A stretch of 64,000 nt of DNA from Dehalococcoidia bacterium (GTDB lineage: Bacteria > Chloroflexota > Dehalococcoidia > Plut-88900). The stretch's first letter is position 1. Each line of letters starts with the position of its first letter. The DNA is taken from assembly GCA_965197645.1 (NCBI GenBank), contig OZ240219.1, positions 2,944,001-3,008,000 on the forward strand, given 5' to 3'. The notes below the pieces were generated by a model. It had not been told where the DNA came from. It saw only the letters and a list, made by a program, of their open reading frames with translations, and made no database searches. Positions 1-9,509 of this stretch are shown piece after piece. A program made the position numbers and the translations under genes.

Positions 1-978
1 CGATCCCCACATCAGGCTTTCCACGCCTATCACGTGACGGAGCATAATGCCGACGGCGTCCTCCTGGAAACTCAGATAGACGTTGTCATGAAAGAAGTCG
101 CTGGGCATCTTGCCGTCCTTGAACCGGTGCGTGGCCTCCTCGTGCCGTTCCCGATAGGTGTAGTCCATCTTCCTTATGACGTGGGCCGCCCAGGCCAACT
201 CGAACTCCACCACCGCAACCGTCAGCTTCGGGTAGCGCTCGAAGACACCCGAGAAGATCATGTCGCACATGGAGGTGGAGGGCCAGAACACGTCGTTGGA
301 CCTGCCGCTGGCCTCCCTGACTCCCACTGCCAGGTTGTTTCTCTCCCTCATCGTCGCAGTGTGAAGGCTCAAAGGCATCTCCAGCGCCTCAGCGGCGGCC
401 CAGAAATGCTCGTACCTGGGGTTGTCGTACCTGAGCTCTTCGGGAGGGTACTCGCTGATCATCGCTCCCACCAGGCCCATCTTGGCGGCCCTCTCAAGTT
501 CCCGGATGCCCTCGTCGACATCATCGAGATTGATCATGGCTATGCCATTCAGCCTGTTGCGATCTGTGGAGCAGAACTCGGCCAGCCATTCGTTGTAGGT
601 CCTGAAAATGGCGTTCATCAGCTCCGAGTCCTCTATGGTGAAGTAGAACAGGCCCTGAGAGGGGTACAGGACCTCTCCGGATACGCCGTCTATGGCCATG
701 TCCCTTATGTGCTCTTCGGGGTCATAGCCGCCCTTGCGCACATCCTCGAACCTGCCGTGATCGGATAGGGTTTCCGGCGCCTCGAATCGTGACCCGGCGT
801 TGGAGATCAAACCGATGCCTGCTATGCTCTGGTCGCCCTCCACTATCAGATGGTCCACGTCTCCCACCCGCTCCATGCGCGGCGCCCTATCCAGAAACCG
901 CTTTTCGATCCTGGTGGTCCACAGTTCCGGCGGTTCGAACACATGGGAGTCCGACGATATGATCAACTCTTCCGGGAT
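1..978 (-). CDS. Amidohydrolase family protein (Amidohydro_2), 3' end runs off the window
   Basis: Not in the ORF track because it is open at the window edge. Manual minus-strand translation gives IISSDSHVFEPPELW...GGYDPEEHIRDMAIDGVSGEVLYPSQG...FWAAAEALEMPLSLHT...IFSGVFERYPKL...FQEDAVG...LMWGS. Start uncertain (ATC 978 behind an RBS, TTG 966, or ATG 1083). Confidence 0.9.
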   Translation of the reverse strand, partial: MPEELIISSDSHVFEPPELWTTRIEKRFLDRAPRMERVGDVDHLIVEGDQSIAGIGLISNAGSRFEAPETLSDHGRFEDVRKGGYDPEEHIRDMAIDGVSGEVLYPSQGLFYFTIEDSELMNAIFRTYNEWLAEFCSTDRNRLNGIAMINLDDVDEGIRELERAAKMGLVGAMISEYPPEELRYDNPRYEHFWAAAEALEMPLSLHTATMRERNNLAVGVREASGRSNDVFWPSTSMCDMIFSGVFERYPKLTVAVVEFELAWAAHVIRKMDYTYRERHEEATHRFKDGKMPSDFFHDNVYLSFQEDAVGIMLRHVIGVESLMWGS

Positions 979-1121
979 GGTTTCTCCCCTTTTCTTGCGG
1001 ATACCGGTCCGATGGACTTGGAGCCTGATTGTCGCACTTGTAGGCGCCCTCTGTCCACCCGGCCGCTCCCCTTGTGTTAGCATGCCCGGTACACATTGAT
1101 TCCTCGAAGGATGGACACGCT

Positions 1122-1898
1122 ATGGCAGGAATGGAAATCGACCTCAGCGGACGTACGGCAGTGGTCACCGGGTCCAGCCGGGGCATAGGCGAAGCCATCG
1201 CCCGGGGCCTGGCCCGCTGTGGCGCCGACGTATCCCTGTTCGATCTACCGGAGACCAGGGCCGATGCCGAAGCTTTGGTGAGCTCGATCGAGCTGGAGGG
1301 AGGAACGGCCCGCTACATCGAGTGCAACGTGAGTGACCCCGAGTCGATATCGAAGGCCATATCACAAGTCATCCGGCAGCAGGGCAAGCTGGACGTCATG
1401 GTCAATAACGCCGGAGTCGTAGTTCGAAAAACGGCATTGGAGCTGTCTCCCGAGGAGTGGGACGAGGTGATGGACGTCAATCTCAGGGGAGTCTTCTTCG
1501 GTTGCCAGGCCGCCGGTCGAGAGATGGTCAAGACGGGTGGCGGCGCCATCATCAACACGGCGTCTCAGCTGGCCTTCGTCGTCCCTCGCACGGGCATCTC
1601 CATCCCTTACATGGCCAGCAAGGGAGCAGTGGTAAACCTCACCCGGGCCTTAGCGGTGGAGTGGGCTGAGCACAACATACGGGTCAACGCTTTGGCCCCG
1701 GGGCCCACCAAGACCCGCATGACACGCACCTTCGATCCTGAGAAAGAGGACTGGGACGAGGGACACTACGACATACCCCTAGGCGGCATGATGAAGACGG
1801 GGGACATGGTGGGCGCGGTGGCCTACCTCGCCAGCGATCTCTCGTCGATGGTGACCGGCCACACCATCGTGGTAGACGGAGGCCATTCGTTGATATAG
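1122..1898 (+). CDS. Short-chain dehydrogenase/reductase (FabG-like SDR)
   Basis: TGSSRGIG nucleotide-binding motif, NNAG, catalytic YMASK (YxxxK), VNALAPG, C-terminal VDGG. Confidence 0.95.
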   Translation: MAGMEIDLSGRTAVVTGSSRGIGEAIARGLARCGADVSLFDLPETRADAEALVSSIELEGGTARYIECNVSDPESISKAISQVIRQQGKLDVMVNNAGVVVRKTALELSPEEWDEVMDVNLRGVFFGCQAAGREMVKTGGGAIINTASQLAFVVPRTGISIPYMASKGAVVNLTRALAVEWAEHNIRVNALAPGPTKTRMTRTFDPEKEDWDEGHYDIPLGGMMKTGDMVGAVAYLASDLSSMVTGHTIVVDGGHSLI

Positions 1899-2007
1899 GG
1901 TCCTGTGGGAAACCCTTTGGTGTGCCCCTCAAGCACCCTCATAAAATGTTTACGCCGAACCGGTTGTAGCCGGTTCGGCGTAGTGTTTCCGAGGGTGTCG
2001 GACGGTG

Positions 2008-3087
2008 CTAGTTCTGATGCATCTTCAGCAGCTCGGGGTGAGCCCGGCCGTTGGAGAAGCGCTCCGAGAACCCGGCGGAGTGGACCCGTTGCATGTACTC
2101 CTTCAGCTGGCGGCGGTTAATCGCCATGAGCAACTTGGCCCCTTCGTCGTACTTGTCCTTGCCGCCGCCCAGTAGAATGGCCATGGCCTCGTTGGCGGCC
2201 CGCTGGACATCAGAGTAGCCAAAGAGGAGTAGGTCCTCGGCCTCGTCCAGGTAGCAGTGGATCTCCTCTCGCCGTTCCAGCTGAGTCTCGCCTACATAGC
2301 GCATGTGCATCACGCCGAAGGCCACGTGACGGGACTCGTCTTGGGCGGCCAGGCGGTACATCCGCTTCTCCGCCTCGCTGTAGGCCAGCAACTCGCCGGT
2401 ACGGAAGATGGTCAGTACGGGCCCTTCACCTACAACGTGGAGGCGTGCCGACATCTCCGAGAAGTCCCGTGCCAGGTCTACGCTGGCCGCTCCCCCGACG
2501 GTTGGGTCCTCGGTCCGCTGCATCAAGCCTCCGCCGTTGGCCAGGGCCCGCTTGCGGAAGACGTCGAGGTGTCTCGCCTCGTCGACCACCTGGGTCATAA
2601 GGTACATGCGGGGCTCCAGGAAATCGGGGCTGGAGTTGGCTATCCACTTGCCAGGTACGTCCGCGGCGACGAACTCGATGTCGCTGAGGAAGGTGTTGAA
2701 CTGGCCCGCCGCCCTTTCGACATCATCGGGCAGGGGCTTGATGGTCTCCCATGGAATATCGGTGGCGGAGCTCCACTGCCTCTGAAGCGCCTCTTCGTAC
2801 AGGCCGGCTGCGTTCTTCAGCCATATGTCCTGCTTCGAGGTTATGGAGTAGTTGCCGCTTCGGTATCCGCCCTCCCGCGCTACCGAGCCGCGGGGACGAC
2901 CGGAGTAGTTGACACTCTCTTCCGGCGCCTCTCCATAAGACCCAATCTGGATGTCCTCCAGGGTCAGGCCTCGCTTGCCGGGCTGGGCCTTCATGCCCCA
3001 CTCGCCCCGCTTCTCCATCCACTCCAGACCAGGCTCGTAGTCCTCACCGTATTTTGGAGTCGGTTTGGTGGACTCTGTCATCGTCAT
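2008..3087 (-). CDS. Ferritin-like diiron-carboxylate protein
   Basis: Two ExxH iron-ligand motifs (DEARH, DESRH) with upstream Glu residues; RBS GAGGAGG upstream. Confidence 0.8.
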   Translation of the reverse strand: MTMTESTKPTPKYGEDYEPGLEWMEKRGEWGMKAQPGKRGLTLEDIQIGSYGEAPEESVNYSGRPRGSVAREGGYRSGNYSITSKQDIWLKNAAGLYEEALQRQWSSATDIPWETIKPLPDDVERAAGQFNTFLSDIEFVAADVPGKWIANSSPDFLEPRMYLMTQVVDEARHLDVFRKRALANGGGLMQRTEDPTVGGAASVDLARDFSEMSARLHVVGEGPVLTIFRTGELLAYSEAEKRMYRLAAQDESRHVAFGVMHMRYVGETQLERREEIHCYLDEAEDLLLFGYSDVQRAANEAMAILLGGGKDKYDEGAKLLMAINRRQLKEYMQRVHSAGFSERFSNGRAHPELLKMHQN

Positions 3088-3280
3088 ACGGGCGCCTCCT
3101 CTTGGCTAGGGGGGACTTAGTAACACTTCGAGGTGCGAGGTAATTCTAGAGTGTGACGAATGAGGTGTCAATAGTTGGGAGCACGAACTTGACTTGCTCC
3201 GAGCAACGTGTTAGACAGAGGTCAACGCCCTCGACAGATCCAGGCAGTGTCTGGCTAACGCCTTGAAGGAGGAAGAGGCT

Positions 3281-4630
3281 ATGACCCTGAAGAGAGCCCC
3301 GTTCCTGACCAATCCCTACGGCGGCTATTTCCACCGGGAGGTACCCGAGGACGACCGCGAGCTCACCCGGGTTGGCCCGGGCACGCCGGCCGGAGAGTAC
3401 CTACGTCGCTTCTGGCAGCCCGTCCTCCTGACCCGGCAGCTCAAGGACCTGCCCGTTGCAGTAACCAGATTCGGCGAGAATCTGGTTATCTTTCGCGACC
3501 AACGCGGTCGCATCGGGCTCGTGGAGGCCCACTGCCCTCACCGCGGCACGTCTCTCGAGTACGGGAGGATAGAGGAGCGAGGCATCCGCTGTTGTTACCA
3601 CAGCTGGCTCATAGACGTCGACGGAAAGGTGCTGGAGACTCCCGGAGAGCCCGAGGACAGCACCCTCAAGGACCGCCTCTATCACGGCGCCTATCCGGTC
3701 AACGAGTACAACGGCATCGTCTTCGCCTACATGGGACCACCCGACAAGATGCCCGATTTCCCGACGTTCGATCTGTTCGAAGACCAGGGATATCACCTGG
3801 AGCCCGGGATTCACCTCAGGCCGACCGATGATGGGCCAATCCCCAACCACAAGCCGTGCAACTGGTTGCAGGTGGTGGATAATCTTTTGGACCCCATCCA
3901 CGAGGAGTTCCTCCATGCCACCATCTCCGGCGTCCAGTTCGTCGACAAGGACGGAAACCCGGTGGAGGAGCTGGCCATACAGGGAGAGCTTGGATTTGTG
4001 GAAACGCCCACAGGCATCATAACCCTGGACATGAGGCGGGTAGATCAGGACACTGTGTGGGTGCGGAACATCGAGTTTGTTTGGCCCAACGTCGCAGTCC
4101 TTGGTGGCATCCCCGGCTTCCCCTATGAATGGGGCCCCGGCCAGACCGAGGACCATGACGTTCCCAACAGCGTTCTCTGGGCCGTGCCCGTAGACGACTA
4201 CAATACCGTGGAAATCGATTTCATGCGGGTGCCCGATAGGAGCACAGTCCTGCCCGCCAGGCAATTCTCCCCGGGCCAACTGGCCAACAGGGGAGGCCGG
4301 GACTACGAGGAGATGCAGAGAAGCCCCGGCGACTACGAGGCCATGTACCAGCGTACCATCGCCGTACATGGCCTGGAACACCTGGGAGTGGAGGACCGCG
4401 GCGTGACCCTGATGCGCAAGGGGCTACGAGGCCGAGTCCGCATGGTGCAGCAGGGACAGGACACTCCGGAGATGGCCGCCATGTCCGGGAACGTTGTGCA
4501 TACCTACGGTGGGGATACCCTCCTGCGGGAGCAGCAGGCGGCGACTCAGGACGAAGACAAGAAGCTACTGCAGAGGGTTGGGGTAGAGATGGCACAACGA
4601 TACGTCGAGGACCCGCCCAATGCGGGATGA
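3281..4630 (+). CDS. Rieske aromatic-ring-hydroxylating oxygenase alpha subunit (phthalate 4,5-dioxygenase-like clade)
   Basis: Rieske ligands CPHRG...CCYH; mononuclear Fe motif DNLLDPIHEEFLH; N-terminal LTRVGPGTPAGEYLRRFWQP typical of this clade. Confidence 0.92.
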   Translation: MTLKRAPFLTNPYGGYFHREVPEDDRELTRVGPGTPAGEYLRRFWQPVLLTRQLKDLPVAVTRFGENLVIFRDQRGRIGLVEAHCPHRGTSLEYGRIEERGIRCCYHSWLIDVDGKVLETPGEPEDSTLKDRLYHGAYPVNEYNGIVFAYMGPPDKMPDFPTFDLFEDQGYHLEPGIHLRPTDDGPIPNHKPCNWLQVVDNLLDPIHEEFLHATISGVQFVDKDGNPVEELAIQGELGFVETPTGIITLDMRRVDQDTVWVRNIEFVWPNVAVLGGIPGFPYEWGPGQTEDHDVPNSVLWAVPVDDYNTVEIDFMRVPDRSTVLPARQFSPGQLANRGGRDYEEMQRSPGDYEAMYQRTIAVHGLEHLGVEDRGVTLMRKGLRGRVRMVQQGQDTPEMAAMSGNVVHTYGGDTLLREQQAATQDEDKKLLQRVGVEMAQRYVEDPPNAG

Positions 4631-4676
4631 GCCGCGCCCCTAGCAAGGGACCTATTCGCCTCGGCGACCTTTGCCC

Positions 4677-5663
4677 TTAGATCAAAAACGCCGGATCGTA
4701 ACCCTTGGTGTCAGCCAGCTCCGTCAATGGCATCGGCCTATCGACGTAGAACTCCAGCAGTATGCCATCAGGGTCCTTGAGGAATACGGCCCGTTTCGTC
4801 GGGTGATCGACTACCGTTTCCGGACTAATGCCCTCCGATTTTAGCCGCTCCTCGGCTTTCAACAGCTCCCGTTCGTCAAACAGCTCAAACCCGACGTGGT
4901 GCATACCTGGCGACCGGCCCTCGGTAGCGGGCACAATGGTGAGGTCTCGACCGGACAGGGTCCCGCTAAGCACCGCAAACGAACCATCCGACGGCGAATA
5001 GGTGATCTCCAAGCCCGCCACCTCGGTGTAGAATCGCAGCAGTCCCTGGTAGTCCGATGCCACCAACGCCCCGTGCCGAACCTGTCTCGTTGGGATCACG
5101 GCGTCAGAGGCCGGCTTGAGATCAGCGTCTGCCGTGTATCGGGGCGAGGTGGACGGAGGCGCTTCCTCCGGGGACCACTTTACCGTCAGTACGTCGGCGT
5201 TGTTCCGTCGCCAAACCTCCCGCCAGTTGTCGGTAGCGTCGGCGTAGAACTCGTGGTAGTTGCCCTCGGGGTCGAAGAGGTAGACGCTGTGGGACACCTG
5301 GTGATTGACTGTCCGATGGAGGTCGATCTCTAGGTCCCTGGCTCGATCGTAAGCCTCTACCAGCTCCGCCTCGGTCTCCATCTCCCAACCGAAATGGTTC
5401 AGGCCGGAACGAGTACCTCGCTTATCGGAAATCAGCGTTTGTCCGTCGCCGCTCAGCCTGGTCTTGTCGGAGGTCTCTATCAAGGCGATATCATGGTGAG
5501 AGCTTCCGTTGCTCAAGAACCCGGCCTTGATGGGCGGCTCACGGAACACCTCGGTCAAGCCACACACCCTGGTGTAGAACTCCATAGAGCTTTCCAGGTC
5601 GCTGACGAACAGGTTGCCGTGTCCTAGCCTCCTGGGCCTGAACATCACCTTCTGCGATATCAT
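4677..5663 (-). CDS. Two-domain VOC/glyoxalase protein (extradiol dioxygenase-like)
   Basis: RLGHGNLFVSD, HHDIAL, GLNHFGWE, SVYLFDPEGNYHEFY, and a second VOC repeat (GMHHVGFE...DPDGILLEFY). Confidence 0.85.
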   Translation of the reverse strand: MISQKVMFRPRRLGHGNLFVSDLESSMEFYTRVCGLTEVFREPPIKAGFLSNGSSHHDIALIETSDKTRLSGDGQTLISDKRGTRSGLNHFGWEMETEAELVEAYDRARDLEIDLHRTVNHQVSHSVYLFDPEGNYHEFYADATDNWREVWRRNNADVLTVKWSPEEAPPSTSPRYTADADLKPASDAVIPTRQVRHGALVASDYQGLLRFYTEVAGLEITYSPSDGSFAVLSGTLSGRDLTIVPATEGRSPGMHHVGFELFDERELLKAEERLKSEGISPETVVDHPTKRAVFLKDPDGILLEFYVDRPMPLTELADTKGYDPAFLI

Positions 5664-5812
5664 CTCGCTACCTCCACGTACTCTTTCCCGTTTTCTCGAC
5701 TCGCGTGACCCTCCGATAACATCTATTATGAGTCAATGCGGGCGTTAGCGGAAGCCGTTCCACGATGATAAGATGAGGTGACGAGCTGCAAATCTCGGCC
5801 CGTTGAGTGCCA

Positions 5813-5902
<90 letters not shown>

Positions 5903-6058
5903 ACTACCCTTCCGACCCCATCCTCTGTTGTCCCGTACTGCTCCTAGTTTGTAGCTCAACAGCGTCGATCAATGCTCATTCAAGCCTTATGGTTCCCCTG
6001 CTATCCCGCGTCAAATGTGGTAAAATATGTGGGAACACGTTTTGCAGAGGACGACCTT

Positions 6059-7303
6059 ATGGAGCTATCAGCGACGCGGGTCAAGGCACTAAGGAAACCA
6101 GGGAGATACTCCGACGGCGGAGGTCTGCACCTATACATCAGCAAGGCGGGACGCAAATCTTGGGTCCTGCGAATCACCATAGACGGACACCGACGCGATA
6201 TCGGACTGGGAGGATTTCCGGCCGTAGGCCTGGCCAGGGCTCGCGAGAAGGCGTCGCAGGACAGGGCTGCAGTAGCCAACGGTCGGGATCCTCTGGCCGA
6301 GAAGCACGCGCCTCCGATGCCTACCTTCAGGGAAGCCGCCCGTACCGTGCATGAGGCAAACAAGCCCCGTTGGGGAAACACCAGGCACGTAGCCAACTGG
6401 ATGCAGACGTTGGAGCGTCATGCCATGCCGGCACTGGGCAACACGCCGCTGGACCATATAGACCGGGGCGAGGTGCTCGGAGTCCTCAAACGGATATGGA
6501 CGTCCAGGCCGGAGACGGCCCGAAGGGTGCGTCAACGGATGAGGACCGTCTTTAGGTGGGCCATGGCTCACGGGTTCATCGAGACCAACCCGGCAGGGGA
6601 AGCCATCGACGGAGCCCTGACGCCCATGCCCAAGGTGAAGGCACACTTTAGGGCGCTGCCGTACCAGGAAGTCGGGGCTGCCCTGGAAACCGTTGAAGCA
6701 TCTCCGGCCTCAATGTCGGCCAAATTGTGCTTCCGGTTCCTGGTTCTCACGGCGGCCCGCTCAGGAGAGGCCAGGGCCGCCGCCTGGGACGAGATCGACT
6801 TCGATGACCAGGTATGGCGGATACCACCGTCGCGGATGAAAGCCGGTTTGGAGCACCGGGTGCCCCTCAGCAGGCAGGCCCTCGAGGTGCTTGACCAGGC
6901 TTCTGTCTTGCGTGACGAGACCGGCCTGATATTCCCATCTCCGCGGAAGTGGAAGACCCCCATGTCCGATATGACGCTGACGAAGGTCCTCCGCACCGTC
7001 GGCTTGGCTGAACGTGCCACCGTCCACGGGTTCCGCAGCAGCTTCAAGAACTGGACCCTGGAACAGACGGATACCTCCTGGGCCGTCTCGGAGGCGGCAC
7101 TGGCTCATACCCTGGGCAACTCTACCGAGCAGGCCTACGCTCGGTCCGACCTGTTCGAGCAGCGCCGTCAGTTGATGCAGCTGTGGGCGGACTACGTTAC
7201 GAACGGTCAGGATGGTCCAAAGGTGATGCTGAACATGCCTAGGCCGCTTTCGTCGAGTCGAAGTCGCCCGTCGTCACCGGCCTCGATTCCAGCCAGGCTG
7301 TGA
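6059..7303 (+). CDS. P4-like tyrosine integrase
   Basis: N-terminal arm-binding domain (PGRYSDGGGLHLYI...RRDIGLGGFP); catalytic TAARSGE, HGFRSSF, LAH, AYARSD; RBS GAGGA before ATG 6059. Confidence 0.95.
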   Translation: MELSATRVKALRKPGRYSDGGGLHLYISKAGRKSWVLRITIDGHRRDIGLGGFPAVGLARAREKASQDRAAVANGRDPLAEKHAPPMPTFREAARTVHEANKPRWGNTRHVANWMQTLERHAMPALGNTPLDHIDRGEVLGVLKRIWTSRPETARRVRQRMRTVFRWAMAHGFIETNPAGEAIDGALTPMPKVKAHFRALPYQEVGAALETVEASPASMSAKLCFRFLVLTAARSGEARAAAWDEIDFDDQVWRIPPSRMKAGLEHRVPLSRQALEVLDQASVLRDETGLIFPSPRKWKTPMSDMTLTKVLRTVGLAERATVHGFRSSFKNWTLEQTDTSWAVSEAALAHTLGNSTEQAYARSDLFEQRRQLMQLWADYVTNGQDGPKVMLNMPRPLSSSRSRPSSPASIPARL

Positions 7304-7466
7304 TATCGCTGGCCCTCCACCTGACGGCCGCGGGACCAACCCTGACTGGCCGCGGAAACTGGCCGGTCTGCATCAAACGGTAGATCGAGGAGCGGGTCAG
7401 TCCCGTGACTTCCTCGACCTGTCTACGCCTTAGCAATCTATCCATCGGTCTGAACACCTCACTCAT
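7239..7466 (-). CDS. AlpA family regulator / probable excisionase
   Basis: RLLRRRQVEEVTGLTRSSIYRLMQTGQFPRPVRVGPAAVRWRASDITAWL is a canonical AlpA; convergent on and overlapping the integrase 3' end. Confidence 0.92.
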   Translation of the reverse strand: MSEVFRPMDRLLRRRQVEEVTGLTRSSIYRLMQTGQFPRPVRVGPAAVRWRASDITAWLESRPVTTGDFDSTKAA

Positions 7467-7743
7467 TGTCCTGGTACTTAGTTGCAGCGCAGGCTCAACC
7501 GCACTGGCGGAGGAAATGCATCGAGGGCGGGTGAGCGGTCGCCACCCTTAATCCAGACACCTCCTGCATTCTCCAATGTTCTCCTGCCAGTGTGTGAGGT
7601 GGGAGGACCAGACGGTATACCCTGTAGGGTATTTCATCGGTGAAGTCCCTCACAGGGAACCGGGGATTACCAACGTACGCGCTGGAGGCGTGTCAGACGT
7701 CAATGTTCGTATTGCGAAATGGGAAGGCGAGATCGAACTAAGT

Positions 7744-8010
7744 TTAGCGGCCTTGACGGACCCGGGCCGCGGGTAGCAGATGGGCAAGCCCAATCCTTTC
7801 GGCCAGGTCCTGCAGAGCCAGGAGGTGATGCGCGTTGGGCTGGACTCCCCGGCTCCGCCAGCGCCACAGGTTAAGTCCACTGGTGCCGAGAAGTCGGGCT
7901 ATCTCGGCCCACGGCAGGCCCGAGGCTTCCTTGAACCGCTGGAGGCTCTGAGAAAAATCGCCGGTTAGTTCGTAGGCCGCTCTATTGCGGCGGACACGCT
8001 TGCGTGCCAT
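7744..8010 (-). CDS. Small XRE-like HTH protein (DFxxxLxRFKEASGLxW family)
   Basis: MARKRVRRNRAAYELTGDFSQSLQRFKEASGLPWAEIARLLG; homologous to 22558 and 29815. Confidence 0.75.
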   Translation of the reverse strand: MARKRVRRNRAAYELTGDFSQSLQRFKEASGLPWAEIARLLGTSGLNLWRWRSRGVQPNAHHLLALQDLAERIGLAHLLPAARVRQGR

Positions 8011-8014
8011 GGCG

Positions 8015-8335
8015 TCAGTTCTCCCGCAGGGGCGCCAGGAAGTCCTCGCCCATGAGGATATCAAGCCCTCCCGGTATCCACGGTGCCAGGCCCACGAGAC
8101 TGTGGTAGGCTCCTCCACAGGGTTCCGTACCCCTCCGCCATCTGAGCACCTGCTTCAACTCCACGCCCAGCACCTCCGAGAACTCTTCCCAGGTGAGGGC
8201 GCTGGCCTGTTTCAGCCGGATGAGGCGTTTCACGAAGTCTTCGGGCAGCTCCCCGCTACCATCAGGCACAGGACGGCCATCGATGACAGGACCGTTGTTG
8301 TGGACAGGCAATCGGGGAGAGCTACGCGCGGTCAT
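8015..8335 (-). CDS. Small XRE-like HTH protein
   Basis: LPEDFVKRLIRLKQASALTWEEFSEVLGVELKQVLRWRRGTEPCGGA; paralogue of 44607-44936. Confidence 0.75.
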   Translation of the reverse strand: MTARSSPRLPVHNNGPVIDGRPVPDGSGELPEDFVKRLIRLKQASALTWEEFSEVLGVELKQVLRWRRGTEPCGGAYHSLVGLAPWIPGGLDILMGEDFLAPLREN

Positions 8336-8567
8336 CCGGGTGTTCCAATGCGAACAGTTCATCAAAATCCTTCGTTCTCAGGACTTCCAGCATCCGCCTC
8401 CGGATGCGCCCTGACGGGGCACGTCCCCTGTTGATAAGGGTTGACAGGTAGCCCGGGCTGATGCCGACCTCACGGGCAAGCCAGTTCTGAGACCGGCCCA
8501 GAAGGTCCAGCCGCTTCCAAACAGCCTGGGTATCGAGCAGCACTACGGTACGTCTTCGGCGGTTCAT
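8322..8567 (-). CDS. Cro-like XRE HTH regulator
   Basis: RSQNWLAREVGISPGYLSTLINRGRAPSGRIRRRML; paralogue of 44338-44604. Confidence 0.85.
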   Translation of the reverse strand: MNRRRRTVVLLDTQAVWKRLDLLGRSQNWLAREVGISPGYLSTLINRGRAPSGRIRRRMLEVLRTKDFDELFALEHPDDRA

Positions 8568-8614
8568 TGTGTTGCTGCAAACCTATTCTCGCCCTAATTA
8601 TTGCTTATGCTAGT

Positions 8615-8644
8615 ATTGTAATTGTCAGACAAGTAGCTTGTCAA
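8615..8644 (-). promoter_or_regulatory. Sigma70-type promoter for the cro-like operon with overlapping palindromic operator
   Basis: Minus strand TTGACA (8644-8639), 18 nt spacer, TACAAT (8620-8615). Palindrome GACAAG-TAG-CTTGTC at 8628-8642, between divergent HTH genes. Confidence 0.65.
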
Positions 8645-8715
8645 GAACGCTTGTGCTACTATGGGAAGCATATGATTACCTCGTCGTTGCACGAACCTCA
8701 GGAGTGGAACAGTCC

Positions 8716-9072
8716 GTGACCGATTCCCGGGGCTACCGGTGGAAGGGAATTGGAGCCCGCATCAAGGAGGCCAGGATGAGGGTGGGCCTCACCCAGAAGC
8801 AGGTGAGCGAGCTGGTGGGAGTCAGTCCCCATGCCGTCTGGTCCTGGGAGGCGGGGAAGATGAAGCCCACACCGGAGCATCTGGTGGAGTTGGCCTACCG
8901 CTGCGATACGAGCACCGACTGGCTGCTGGGTAGGGACGTAGTCGAGGCGGAGGTACTGAAGGAGGCGGACGTGTCCTTCAGAAAGGCCATAGAGGGCCTT
9001 CCGGTGAAGGACTTGGAGTCGATCATGGACTTCATAAGGTTCGTGCGGGAGAGACGGCGTAGGAGGAAGTAG
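8716..9072 (+). CDS. ImmR/CI-like XRE repressor
   Basis: IGARIKEARMRVGLTQKQVSELVGVSPHAVWSWEAGKMKP...STDWLLG; GTG start after GGAG; directly upstream of an ImmA-like gene. Confidence 0.88.
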   Translation: MTDSRGYRWKGIGARIKEARMRVGLTQKQVSELVGVSPHAVWSWEAGKMKPTPEHLVELAYRCDTSTDWLLGRDVVEAEVLKEADVSFRKAIEGLPVKDLESIMDFIRFVRERRRRRK

Positions 9073-9080
9073 GCCGGCGG

Positions 9081-9509
9081 ATGAATCGGGCACAGCGGAG
9101 GGCTGTGGAGCTTCGGCATAAGCTGGAGCTGCGGGGCCGGGTGGATGCGGAGGCGGTGGCCAACCATCTGGGGTTGGTCGTCCAGCCGTGGCCGCTAAAG
9201 GCCCAGGAGGAGCTGCAGATGGACGGCTTCATCTGCGTGGCCGAGCGGCTTGACTCTCGCTGGCGGCGCTGGGTAACGGCCCACGCCATAGGGCATAGGC
9301 TGCTGCACCCCGGCAACCACCTGTGGATACGCGACCACACAAGCTTCGGCGGTCGGTTCGAACGGGAGGCGGAGGATTTCGCACGGGCTCTGCTAATGGA
9401 TGCACGGGAGGCCATGCAGGTGGGTCTAACTGAGGTGTGGGAGGTAGCCGAGCACTTCGGTGTACCCGAGGAAATGGTCCTGCTTCAAGCGCCCATGAGA
9501 ATGGAGTGA
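9081..9509 (+). CDS. ImmA/IrrE family metallopeptidase-like protein (HExxH altered to HAIGH)
   Basis: RRWVTAHAIGHRLLH...EREAEDFARALLM...VAEHFGVP matches the M78 pattern apart from the catalytic Glu. Confidence 0.82.
   Translation: MNRAQRRAVELRHKLELRGRVDAEAVANHLGLVVQPWPLKAQEELQMDGFICVAERLDSRWRRWVTAHAIGHRLLHPGNHLWIRDHTSFGGRFEREAEDFARALLMDAREAMQVGLTEVWEVAEHFGVPEEMVLLQAPMRME

Noticed and set aside
34-768. 244 aa plus-strand ORF
   Set aside because: Antisense shadow of the minus-strand amidohydrolase, which carries the recognisable motifs.
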